Origin: Cyanophora paradoxa CCMP329
Taxonomy: Eukaryota; Plantae; Glaucophyta
Assembly (NCBI GenBank): GCA_004431415.1
Contig: QPMI01000408.1
Coordinates: 1,054,001-1,118,000 of the forward strand
DNA: 64,000 nucleotides
Reading direction: 5' to 3'
Below the pieces are notes generated by a model. That model ran no database searches, was not told the DNA's origin, and saw nothing but the letters and a program-made list of their open reading frames with translations. Below, in pieces: positions 1 to 11,816 of this stretch (position 1 is its first letter; each line of letters opens with the position of its first letter). The position numbers were made by a program, and so were the translations under genes.

Positions 1-57
1 AAAACTGCAGCCGCCGCCCCTGGCCTATGCCTCTTCTGACTGCTCCCGCGCGCTCAG

Positions 58-1576
58 GGCGTGCCGGAGCACCGGGCGCAGCGCCTGGAGGCGCAGATCA
101 AGGACAGGAGCAACCAGTTCTACAACCTGGTCCCGCACGCGACCTCGCAGCGGGAGCAGCTCCCGCCGATCGCGAGCCCTGACGCCCTCAAGGCGAAGAC
201 CGAGCTGCTGGACGCGCTGAAGGACATCGAGATCGCGCAGAGGCTCATGGCCGCCGGCTGGGACGCCGCGGCCTCGGGGGGCGTCATCAGCTGCAAGAAC
301 CAAGTGGACGGCTACTACGACACGCTCCACACGGAGCTGCGCCCCGTCGAGCGCGGCGGCGAGGACTGGCGCCTCTGCGAGCACTACCTCCTCAGCACCC
401 ACGCAGGTCTTCGCCTTACGCCTAGCATTACGCCTAGGACTGTGTTTCTGGATCTCCTCTTGAAATTAAACCGATCGGCAGACACGCACAGGAGGTACGG
501 TCTGATTCTTCGCGATGCCTTCTACGTCTCGCGCGAGGTCAGCCTTCGAATTCTCGTCGTCGTCGTCGTCGTCGTCGGGCACCCCTCTTAACGGCCCGCG
601 ATCGCGAAGGGCGAAGAGGCGCGATTCGCGCCGTCGAGGGGCATCCCGAACCACATGCTCCTGTGGCACGGCTCCCGCAAGTCGAACTACGTCGGGATCC
701 TGAGCCAGGGCCTCCGCATCGCCCCGCCCGAGGCGCCCGTCACTGGCTACATGTTTGGTGCGCCAGCTGCAGTGCTTTCCCCTTGCGTGGTGGTCATTTG
801 TTGGCTGATTGTTCTGGTGGTCATTTGTTGGCTGATTGTTCTGGTGGTCATTTGTTGGCTGATTGTTCTGTAGGGAAAGGCATCTACTTCGCAAACATGT
901 AAGAGCACCGAAGATTTCGCCGCGTGGCGCGAGATCGAGATCGAGATCGAGGGCCCCGCAGGTCGAGCAAGTCGGCCAACTACTGCTTCTGCTCAGCGAA
1001 GAACAACGTCGGGCTGGTCCTCCTAAGCCAAGTGGCCGTGGGCAGGACGCACGAGCTGGTACACACAGACAATGCCCGCGTTTTATCCCTCGGCAGAGTT
1101 TAATTACGACTTGTTCAGGTCACCGCCGACTCGAGCCTCGCGAGGGCGCCGCCCGGCACGCAGTGCGTGCACGGGGTGGGCGGTACCACGCCCGATCCCG
1201 CCGCCGAGCGGACCTGGGGCCCCGACAAGATCCGCGTGCCCTGCGGCAAGGGCGTCCCGAGCAAGGTCGGCCCTGCCATATATATAAGGCGCGCGCGGTC
1301 GAGGGCGCCTCAGCTCAGCGGGTGGGGGAGCAGGTCAGGGGGAGTACGTCGCTTCTCTACGACGAGTTCATCGTACGCGCCCGTCCGATCAATTTCCGTT
1401 CGATAGGCTATCTAACCTATAATCTAGTTGCGGCCCTCTTGCTAAAGCGAATCCGAGTCTCTGCGCGTGCCGCTTTCATTTGTGATCTTCGAGTCCCGCA
1501 GGTCTACGACGTCTCGCAGGTCGTGCTCCGGTTCCTCCTCAAGGTCGAGTTCGACTACGGGCGGGGGAGAAACTAA
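58..1576 (+). CDS. Poly(ADP-ribose) polymerase, PARP1/2/3-like: regulatory + catalytic domains (5'-partial, multi-exon)
   Basis: Spliced exons give [10 protein letters not shown]...[11 protein letters not shown] (PARP regulatory domain), [34 protein letters not shown]|KGIYFANM|SSKSANYC and SLLYDEFI|[15 protein letters not shown]. The H-Y-E triad is intact. Seven GT-AG introns were placed, and the stop TAA is at 1574-1576. Confidence 0.95.
790..870 (+). repeat. 3 x 27-bp tandem repeat at the 3' end of a PARP intron
   Basis: gtggtcatttgttggctgattgttctg occurs at 790, 817 and 844, directly before the acceptor TAG (871-873). Confidence 0.95.
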
Positions 1577-1798
1577 TTGTAAACAGCGTCTATTCCAGCG
1601 AGGAAAGCGTCGACGTTGCATCCGATATCCGATTGCATTGTGGCACTTTTCGTTCTCGAGCTCCGAGTGCGATTATAAGTCTCATTTTTCTGATTAGTAT
1701 ACGTGTGCGCGTGTGTAAATCGATGTTCATATCGATATCTTAGCGAGCTTGTGAGGATGTTCTGTATCTATTCAATTCATTCATAGCATGTGCATGTA

Positions 1799-3984
1799 TG
1801 GTTTTTAATTCGGGGAGATTGGGGGGTACGGAAAATTTGCGGTAGCGCGACGATTACGGCGGCGCAGCGGGCCAGGTTTCCCACCCGTGGGTTCCTGATA
1901 ACGCTGCGTGTCAAGCTGCTCGGAAAGTCGCGCGCCAGCTCCACCCGACCCCCGTAGCCAGAACGCGCTAGATAGACCAGCCGGGCGTGCACGGACAGCC
2001 GACACGAGCACATCATCACCAAGCGCAACCGCCGAAGTCGATAGCCCGCCCCCGGAGCGCCAGGCAGCCCCGCCAACCTCGCCGCGTCATCTTTTTTGAA
2101 TTCCACGGACCCCCGGACCCCACCTGCGCCCTGCGCGGAGCGCAAAGCAATCGCCCTGCCTCTCCCGATAGACGATAAGAGCTCTTAAGCAACTGAACTG
2201 CCGCCCAATCCCCGCGCATTGCGCCCCGATGCGGACACTCACTCGCTGCCTGTCATACCGCAGACATGAGCCGATCATCCACGGACGACACACCGGATGT
2301 CGCCGCGAACGACGTAGACCGTGCTTGCGCGAACGACGTAGACCGTGCTTGCGCGTGCTTTGGGCCCACGCCCCCGCCCCCTTTCCCCCGGACTGGGCCC
2401 AAAGGGCGCCCACCTGGACTCCTCCCCCCCGAGGCCGGTACAGAAGCGTGTACGCTCGGACCCCCTGCCCCCCCGTCCGCAGTCCGAGCCAGACGAGGCC
2501 CGCCCGGACCCGGCCTTCAAGCCGGCCCCCGCCCTCCCGCCCCAGCGCCCCGCCCTCGCCCTCCGGCTCCAGCGCCCCGCCCCTGCCCTCCGGCTCCAGC
2601 GCTCAGCCCCGCCCTCCAGCTCCAGCGCCCCGCCCCGCCCCCAGCTCCAGCGCCCCGCCCCCGCCTCCGGCTCCAGCGCCCCGCCCCCGCCCATCGGCTT
2701 CCACGCCCTGTCCCGCCCTCCGGCTCCAGCGCCCGCCCCGCCTCGAGCTCCGGCTCCAGCGCCCCGCCCCCACCCTCCGGCTCCAGCGCTCCGCCCCGCC
2801 CTCCGGCTCCAGCGCCCCGCCCCCACCCTCGAGCTCCGGCTCCAGCGCCCCGCCCCACCCTCCGGCTCCAGCACTCCGCCCCCGCCCTCCGGCTCCAGCT
2901 CCCCGCCCCGTCCTCCGGCTCCAGCGCCCCGCGCCCGCCCTTGGCTCCCGCGCCCAGCCCCGCCCCCGGCTCCAGCGCCCCACCCCGCCCCCAGCTCCAG
3001 CGCCCCGCCCCTGCCCTCCGGCTCCAGCGCCCCGCCCCGCCCTCCCGCCCCAGCGCCCGCCCTCGCCCTCCGGCTCCAGCGCCCCGCCCCGCCCTCCGGC
3101 TCCAGCGCCCGCCCCCGCCCTCCGGCTCCAGCGCCCCGCCCCGCCTCCGGCTCCAGTGCCCCGCCCCGCCCTTCGGCTCCCGCGCCCTGCCCCGCCCCCC
3201 AGCTCCAGCGCCCCGCCCCGCCTCCCGCCCAGCGCCCCGCCCCGCCCTCCAGCTCCAGCGCCCCGCCCCGCCCTCCGGCTCCAGCGCCCCGCCCCCGCCC
3301 TCCGGCTCCAGCGCCCCGCCCCGCCCTCCGGCTCCAGTGCCCCGCCCCGCCCTTCGGCTCCGCGCCCTGCCCCGCCCCCAGCTCCAGCGCCCCGCCCCGC
3401 CCTCCCGCCCAGCGCCCGCCCCCGCCCTCCGGCTCCAGCGCCCCGCCCCGCCCTCCATCTCCAGCGCCCGCCCCTGCCTCCGGCTCCAGCGCCCCGCCCC
3501 ACCCTCCGGCTTCAACGCCCGCCTCTGCCCTCCGGCTCCAGCGCCCCGCCCCGCCCTCCTGCTCCAGCGCCCAGCCCCGCCCTCCGGCTCTAGCGCCTTT
3601 CCCCGCTCCCGGCCCGTCACCCTTCCCGCCCGCCCCCCAGCTTCCCGATTCCAGCGCCTCACTCCCGCCACCCTCCAGCGCTCCGTGTAACCCACTCCCT
3701 GCCCTTCTCCCCCTCCCTACGCCTCCCTACGCCTCCCTCGCCTTCCCCCTCCCCTCCTTTTCCACAGGACCAAGGACACCAACGCATCAGGCCCTCCTAA
3801 AGCCGCAGATCGATAGCTCACAGCTAGGATACGATAGCAGGACGTCTTCCCTCTATGCCGCAGAGCCTCAGAGCTAGCCTAGGTGCCCCCCCAGGTCGAT
3901 GATAACGACGGGGCGGCGGTTGTTGTCTTTAATACGAACATTGCCCGGTTGGGCTTTTGCAAAAAAAAAATGGTTTTTAATTCG
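1799..3984 (+). mobile_element. Putative non-autonomous retroposon with target-site duplication, poly(A) end and internal VNTR
   Basis: (a)tggtttttaattcg occurs at 1798/1799-1812 and 3970/3971-3984. A10 (3961-3970) immediately precedes the right copy. The ~2.15-kb GC-rich body has no recognisable RT or endonuclease and sits between two convergent genes. Confidence 0.6.
2528..3685. repeat. C-rich minisatellite (VNTR), core ccgccctccggctccagcgccc, ~22-28 bp units
   Basis: Dozens of degenerate copies of ctccggctccagcgcccc(gcccc)n with extreme C-strand skew. It produces spurious long Pro/Ala/Arg ORFs. Confidence 0.95.
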
Positions 3985-4299
3985 ATTATTTCTTACTGCA
4001 CGACGCATTTGTCATGTCCTTCGAATTCATTGCCTTGACGGCTGCGGGCCCCGGGTCGAGCTCAACCCTGGGCGCCCTGATCCAAACTTAATATTCATGC
4101 TGCGTCAATGCTGCGTTTTCGAAGGCTAGCAATATATACACTATTTTGGCAATACTTCACATGCTCGAGGGGACTGGTAGTACGTATACTGGCTGCTAGC
4201 GCTGCGCATGCGCATGCACGAGATGCAGGCCGAGGCCCGCAGCAGCGCGATTTTGCGACATGACCCGAGCACGGCATGCGCCAGGCCGCCCTTAAGCTT

Positions 4300-7200
4300 C
4301 TACAGCGGCTGCTTGCCCTTGCGCTTCTTCCTCGGGTTCGGAGTCGAGGCCGCCGGCGCCGGGGTGGGATCGGCGGCGGCCTCCTCCGACTCTCCGCGGC
4401 CGCCCGCGTGCGGAGCCTCCTCGTCCTCCGGATCCGGATCCTCGCCGCCCTCGGATTCTCCGAGCTGCGCAGCACCGTCCAGGGACGCTTAATTATAAGG
4501 CTGGGCGCTGCGAACGAAGGCCGAATTCCAAGGGGACAGCTGCAGCATGAGCACGCGCCTGTGCGGGGGTTCCTCTCCGGCGCTTCGCTCTGTCTCCGGC
4601 GGCGCCGGCCGTGGCCGCCTGCCCCTCTTCCGCCGACGCCGCCGACGCCGGCGCCGCCGGCGCCGACGCCGGCGTAGCTATAGAAGCTTTCGCGTTGAAT
4701 TCTGCGCACGCCCCGTTAGACCGCCTCGCATCTAACGGGGGAAGGAATGCTTAATTATCAGAGGGCATGCTCACCTTCGATGGCCTTCCGAACGCTCTCG
4801 GGGGCGACCTGCGGCGGCGCCCGCCCGCCCGCCCGCCCGTGTCGAACCCTGAAGCTCAAGCTACGCTCAAGGCAGGGCACCTCGCTCGCGGTGCGCCCGG
4901 CCCTGTCGCGCGCCGCCGCCGGCGCGCCGGCCTCCAGCAGCGCCCTCACGCCGCCCGCGTCCCCCTCGCTCCACTGCAGCCGCCGCCGACGCCACCACCG
5001 ACGCCGCCGACGCCGCCGTGAGTTCAAGGAAGTTTAAGAGAGACATGCAGCGGTGCAGGCGCAGGCGCGCACGCGGGCAGCGAGGTGGAGGGGGGTGGCG
5101 CCCGCGTTGTCCGCGACGGCGAGCGCCTCCTTCGCCTGCGGGCGCGGCTGTCAAAGTATAGAAAAACATGTCGCTGCCTTCTTGCACTGGGGCGCGGCTG
5201 ATCTAAAGACAAAGAGCGACGCGTGGCTGATATGATCTATTTAACAGCGTCGCAGAACTGCGCGCCTTCGGTTGCTTCAGCAGCCGCAGCAGAACGGCCC
5301 ACGGCCGGTCGCCCCGCGCGCCCCCGCCCTCCCGCCCGCGGCGTGCGGCGATGTGCAGCTGCGAATCGAAACCCGGCACGATTCGATGTTGGGGATGATA
5401 CATGTACGTAAACGTATACGGAATCATGGCTATGGTGCAAGTGCATGTGCGCATGCGCACCGGCGTCTGCCCGCGACAGTCCTGCGGGACGACGTTGACA
5501 TTAAAGAGTGCTTGGAATCAACGATTTAATATAGTGCCGATATTAATTGCAAAGGTGCTAAAAGTCAAACTCGCCTGGAGGGTCAGCGGAGCGTCAGAGA
5601 GCGCCAGGAGCTCGGTCGCGTCATACTCCGAGGCATTCGACTGGGCCGATAGAAGGTGCAGCGCGGTGCGGCCGTCGGGATCCCTTGCAGTCGCGAGATC
5701 GGCCTGGTACCGCGCATGGTCTTCTGGCCATGGCTGGCTGAGGGGTCAGAGGCGTCCGACCGCCTTACACGAAGGGGGCGACAGCCGCATGCTCACGTGA
5801 AAATCTTTGATCCGACGCAGAAAAGATTGCATCATCTGCGGGCAGGGCGGTCGGTGGGCGCCTATCTTTGCGAATAATATTGATTTGTGCTCACGGATAG
5901 GCGGCCTGTGCTGATGGCGAGGTTCAGAGCTGTGGATCCCTCCGCGTCCTGTAGATTCCTCGAGTCACGAGGGCGGCCGAATTCAAAGCGTGAGCACGGG
6001 TTCGGCCGCGCGCAGGGAAAAGCGGACCGCAGCGAGGGGATCGGAGAAGGGAAGGAATGCGCTGAAGGCCTCGTCGTTCCCCGCCTCGATGGCCAGCATG
6101 AGCGGGGTCCGGCCTGCGACGAGCGACAAATTTGATCCGGATGCGCGGCGCAGCAGATCGTTCGAATACTGCACTCACCGGACGGCGTCTGGATGGCGAA
6201 GGAAGTGTGGAGCCGGAGCCGGAGCTTGGGGTTGGCCGTGATGGCAGGAATCACAGCCTTCAATTCCTGATGTTCAGATTGACGTTTGGGCTTAGCGGTT
6301 GCGCGTTTCGCGTCCGATTATAATTCGGATTCAATCTGATAACCTTGGAGAGGGCGCAGTAGTGTAGCACGCTGCGGCCCGTTTCGTCTGCGGCGCGTTC
6401 GAAGCCCGAACGCTTGATATAGAGCCCCATTTACGCGCCAAATTAAAAATGCTTTCGCTTAATTTTGCAATACGTGTTTGAAACGAACCGACGGCTTCGA
6501 GGTCCGATGCGCCGCTCTTCTGCAGGAACAGAGACACAATCTTCTTTCTCTGTCAAGCCAGCTTCGAGTGAGAATTCCGGAGGCCAGGAAAATACCAAAC
6601 GCAGTAAAACTATCTGGCGTACAATCTGGGCGAGGCCCGCTGCTTTGACGCGGGGTCCGCCTGTGGGGAGCTGCGCATGCGGGCGGGCCGGCCAGGTCAG
6701 CTCACAATTCCTCAAATTTTGAGATTATAATTAATGGTGTAACGAGGGTGCGGTTAGCCGCTGCAGTTCCAATTGTGCAGTAGCGCTACCGCGGCAGCCG
6801 TTACGCACCCCGATCGTCTTTGCGAAAACAAGCAAAGGAGGGATCAAGCCGGGAGGAGTTCGCGAGGGATCCGCCCCGGCCTCCAGAAGAGCCGCGATGC
6901 TGGCAGCGCACTGCGCCTCGCACGCCGCGTACAGCGGAGTCCTGCGCGGGGCGCCAGCGCTCAGGCGGGAGTACGAAGGTCGCGCCGCAATCGATGCAGG
7001 GCTCGTTTACCGGTTTTCATCGTCGGCCGCGTTCAGATCGATCTTACCGCGGCCGCCCTTCAACAGAGCCTGTGGGGCGTCGTCATCGCCCGTGATCAAG
7101 TTCAAGGAGCGTGCTCAGAACCGGCGAATTCGAACCCGAACTATTTTCGGAGCGCTGACGACCTTCCGCTGAGCTGCGAGATGGAGCGGCGTGCGGCCCC

Positions 7201-10200
7201 GATCGTCGCGCGCGTTCACGTCGACGTCTGCGCGCTCTGTCCGGCCAGCCGCGGGCGGTTGGCGGGGCGGGCGATGAGACGGAAGGAGCAGAGCAGAACA
7301 AGTCGAAGCCGCACTCAGGAGCGCGAGAACGATCTGCGAGAGCACTTCGGCCGACTCCGCAGAGCAGTCCTCGTACTGTTTGGGGTCGAAGTGCTGTTCC
7401 TCACCGAGGTCGGGGTCGCCGGGACCTTGAGGCAAGGAGCGCGTGAGCATGCCGATTAATGGGCTCTCATGTGTGGGTCACTGCGAGATTGAAATATAAT
7501 GCGTTTGATTCAATTGAAAATTCTCACCCCGCGATCCAGCGGCGATGCACTGCAGCGGTGTCCGGCCCGCAGCGTCCGTGGCGCTGGTGCTTGCGCCAGC
7601 ATTCAACAGTGTCTGCATTGAAATTTCATTTGTTTTCATCAGAATCACAAATATGATAAATGGATTGCTCGCACATGGAGGGAGTTCAAAACAGAGGCGC
7701 TGGAACCACATCGGAAGCTGTCACTGCATCGAATATATATCAATGTTGCGATTCTCAATGCGAGGCTAGCGCTGCCAGGATGCTCTATGGCTAGATATCG
7801 ATCTCACCGATACCACATTGAACGCAGGAAGACGTGCAGAGCTGTCAGCCCCTCCGAGTCTGCACGAAAGCGCCGCTTCAATGCACGAGAAAAAGCGTGC
7901 GCATGCGGGCGGCATGATCAAGATCGTGATATATATATAATTATAAGCAGACCTGGAACATCGACCAGATCGGGGGATTCCTCTAGAACGGCCTGCGCGG
8001 CGAGCCGAACTCGAATTCATACCTGACTCCAGGTAACGTTCATGCACAAATCATTGAAAAATGCGGACTTTGAGAATACTTGCTTGCCCGCCCTGGGCAG
8101 CCCTATGGAGCACTGTTCGGCCCTTGTTGTCCTGCACAGTTGATGACAGATGGTGCAAGCGTGAGATCTAGATGCTGGCCACGGGCTCCGGACACGGAAA
8201 CGGGCGGCCGCCAAAGTTGAAAGGCGTGCGCACCTTTATTGCGAGGTCTGCGCCCATGCCGAGAAGAAGCCTCTGCGAGAAGCGTCTGCGCTCAGATCCT
8301 AGCTTCAGCTGAATCAGCAGGTCGAACCTGCATAACGTGTTCATGGCCTTCCACGGCTGCAATGTGGAGCGGCGTCCATCCCCGCGAATCCTGCAGGAAT
8401 CACATTGTTAATTATAATATATACCATCATAGCTGCGATATTAATGGCGAGAGAGTGGAGCGACTGGTAGTAGTAGAGACTAGCGCAGGGAAAGAGGCCT
8501 AGAGCGGCAGATCGAGAGCACCTGAATGGCTGGGTCTGCTCCCACTTCAAGGAGAAGCTTTGAATGTAGCCGCGGGCAATGACGATTGAGTCTCAGGGCT
8601 AGATTTGACGAATTCGTGCGAGCGGGCACTCATCACCTCGATACTATGGGTGCAGAACCGTTGAGCGGCGATGTGCAACGGCGTCCTTCCCTTGGCGTCC
8701 TGCGATCACAAAAAAAGGTAGCAGCCGACCGTGAGTCAACAGGCGAACGTTCATGCCTTTGCAAAGCGACAGCCGGTGGGCCGATCGTCAGCGCACGGGA
8801 ATGGCGGGGTCTGCCCCCATGTCGAGAAGCGCCTTTGGGTCGAGGGGAAGGCTGGCGTCATCCGACTGTGCATCCTGTACACCAAGATTTCGCGATCGCA
8901 AACACGACGCAAATTAGAGGAGCAAAGCCGAGGGCACCCAATGGAGAAGGGCGACGTGGAGAGGTGTCAACCCCTCCCCGTCCCACTGCGGGGCATTGAC
9001 AAGCTTCGCGAGCCCCCACTCTTTGAGGAGCTGTGGACGGTCTCGGAAGGCGCCCGCGTGCGGGCCAAGGCGGGGCTGCAGCGGGTCTAGAATATATCGG
9101 CGCACGCGCGCGCACCGAGGGGAGCTCTTGGGCGACGGCCGCGTTCTCTGACATAGTTGGAGGTTGCGAGTGCACAATCTGCATTTGGAGAACGCCGTTG
9201 CTCCCTTGCACGAATTGCATGTGGTACATGTTCGCCGAATCCGATTGATCCGAACAGGTGAGATGGAGGACCGAAGAGCCAGCCGGGAAGGTTCGGGCGC
9301 GACCTGCATCGAATGCGATGTGAGGAAAACGAAGACCCGATGAAAATTACAAGTCAGATGGAAGCCAAGGGTTGAAAGGGCACCCAAATACAAAAACGAA
9401 TGAGGATATGGAGCGCGCTGCGCATAACTTGAGCCTGATTTGTGTGCACTTCATACACGCGCCGCAGGCGCACCCATGGGTCATGAGCAGATGCGCACGA
9501 CATCGGACGAAACACGGCGAGCGGCGACGCCCCAAACTCTTCCACGAGGCGGCGCGCCCCGGCAAACTGGCCGCGCACCATGCAATCTGGAATGAAGAGG
9601 TGCGATTGCGAGTCAACATTAAAATTAAATATTGATCACATCCACCGGTCGCGGGCCGGCAGATTCAATTGTTATTTTTTCGGCTATTGTTTAATTTTGA
9701 CTCACAATCGCGATCGACTCGTCGTCGATATCGTGCATTCCGATTCTATTCGAAAGTATGAATACGTAGTCGCTCACCCAGGAAAAGCGTGCCCCCGGTG
9801 CTCGTGACGGCGTCGATGCCTGAGCAGCGCTCCACCGTCGGCAGCAGCTCCCGCGCCTGCGCGATCGACGACGGGATTCGAGTTCGTGTTAAATAAGATC
9901 AAGTCCGGCCATCCGGGAAACATTGTCAGCGGTGGCGCACCTCGCGAAATTTCTCCTCGCGGAACTCGGCTCTTTGTGGACTCACTGCCATCACGATCTG
10001 CAGGGGGAAAGAATCGAGATATCGATGTTTTAAATATATATATATAATTGCCGTCGTGAGAATCGAGATGGGCGCACCAGATGGTGGAAGTCTTTGTTGA
10101 TGACTTCGAGATCACGGGACTCTTTCAGCCGAGATGCGAGCGGGGCGGGATCCCTGAGATCGTGATCATAATCGTAAGATAAGGCTCATGTAGGTGCATG

Positions 10201-11816
10201 ATCGTAATCGTTATAATCCAGGGTACGCTCATGATCGAGTCGCCATGGCTGGTGGACATGCATGTGTGTGTGTGTGTGTGCGCGCGCGCACCAGCATCCA
10301 TGGCCAGGCTCATTTAATGGGCTGACCTGCGTGCCGACATCGACCGTCAGACGTCAAGATCGATGTCGCAGGGCTGCGGGGATTCGAAGTGCGAAGTTTA
10401 ATTTGCACGTGCGCACGAGGAAGAGGTCGCGCAGGGCGGGCACTCCGGATCCGGCGAGGACGCGCTCGATGTCCGCCTGGGCGCAAACTGTCCGAGAGAG
10501 GTCGAGCTGCTCGAGGCGCGGCATGTAGGCCCTGCACGCGTACATACACGCGCGAAGCTTAAGCGTTTAGCAGAATTGTGAGCTCGTGCAGCATGCACGA
10601 GGGCGAAAACGCACGGCAGCGCATCGATGACGTGCGGGTCGAAAGCGTCATCGCCGCCTCTAGGCGTGCTCGGGTTCGTCGCACTGCGCACGCAGGGGCT
10701 GCGTCAGGGCATCGATATCGATGGCCCAGCTGCAGACCTAGGGGGCCCCGGGCCCTGGCGAAATACGATAGAGGAGGCCTAGGCACCAAAGGTACAGGCG
10801 CTCAAGCGTAGAGCTGCAGGAATCCAGCAGGGAGCGAAGGAAGGGGACGGGGACGCTTGTTCCGCACAAGTTCAGGTGCACCAGATTCGGTAGGGTGAGG
10901 TGCATAAGACTCGAGCTCTGCACGAAGCGCCAGGCAGCAGCTGCAGTCAGCGGGATCCAGTAACGGACGCAGACGTACACTTGAGAACGCACCTCTTGTT
11001 GAATCTTCGGGCGCCGCGAGGATTGCGGCCTGGGCGGTGCGCATGCCGGCGCCGCCGCCAGCCGCGACGAGCCCGTCCAGTGCATCAGCGAGAGGTGGGT
11101 GAGGCCGCGGCACTGCGTGAGACCGCGGATCGCGTCATCGGCTGCATTTGCGATGGAAACTTCCGCTGAGCTCGAGCTCGAGCACGAGCTCGAGACAGCC
11201 GCCGGTCGCGGACGTGCAGGTGGCGCTGAAGTGCCGGCGAGGTAGAAGCGGCGGAAGTGGGCGCCCACAGACGCACAGAGGGCCAGATAGGCCTTAGAGG
11301 GCTCGTCTCTGTGGAAAACGACGCTCTCCCAAAGCGAAGGGCTCCGCGCAAGCGCCCGAATCCGCCGCGAGACTCGGGTCACCGCCAAGAGGTCCGTGGC
11401 GCGATCCGCGGCGATGAGCGCGAAGATCTTGATGAGAACGTCATCTGCGGAAGACACAGATGCGCGCAGGCGTGCAGTGAGCTTGCGCGGTCGCGCGCAC
11501 GGCCGCGTTCTCTAGATCTAGATGTAAAGAGCGCGCGGGCCGGGAGCGCCGCGCAGCGAACGCCAGCAGAAGGGCTACAGAAGCGTGTTGTGCTGGATTA
11601 TGCACCTGGCAGCGAGGAAATGTCTAGGTCCTCGGCCATAGCCGAGTTCGACTGCAGATCGCTTGCCATTGCGAGTGGCGCGTCGGACGGCAGAGATACC
11701 GACGCTTCTGCGGTCGTTGCAATTGCAACTTTCCACGCTTGCTGATCGGTGCTGATGCGCCCCCGCCACCCTAGCTGCGAAGAACCTGCGTACCCCCCGC
11801 TGCGACGCTGGGCCAT
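4300..11816 (-). CDS. F-box + leucine-rich repeat + ankyrin-repeat protein (multi-exon; start codon uncertain, candidates 11816/11669/11639)
   Basis: F-box ISSLP|DDVLIKIF...VSRRIRALARSPSLW. LRRs include LTHLSL, LPNLVHLNLCGT, LERLYL and MPRLEQLDLSRT. A bridging exon at 10292-10326 keeps the frame. Ankyrin motifs follow: GEGLTPLHVA, DAKGRTPLHIAA, DSRGWTPLHIAA, DAAGRTPLQ, DDRGRTPLHLAA, GRTPLMLA, DPDGRTALHLL, DNAGATPLHLAA. The C-terminus is ...PRKKRKGKQPL* with the stop at 4300-4302. Confidence 0.8.

Noticed and set aside
790-870. CRISPR-like 27-bp direct repeats
   Set aside because: There are no spacers and no cas genes, and the repeats are intronic in a eukaryotic gene.
2229-3877. Long 300-510 aa Pro/Ala/Arg-rich ORFs on both strands
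   Set aside because: They are open in several frames only because the C-rich minisatellite lacks stop codons. There is no domain signal.
10347-10349. Apparent in-frame TGA (readthrough or selenocysteine) between the LRR and ankyrin regions
   Set aside because: The TGA lies in a ctgac branch-like motif of an intron. Using the acceptor before 10326 gives an open frame with no recoding.
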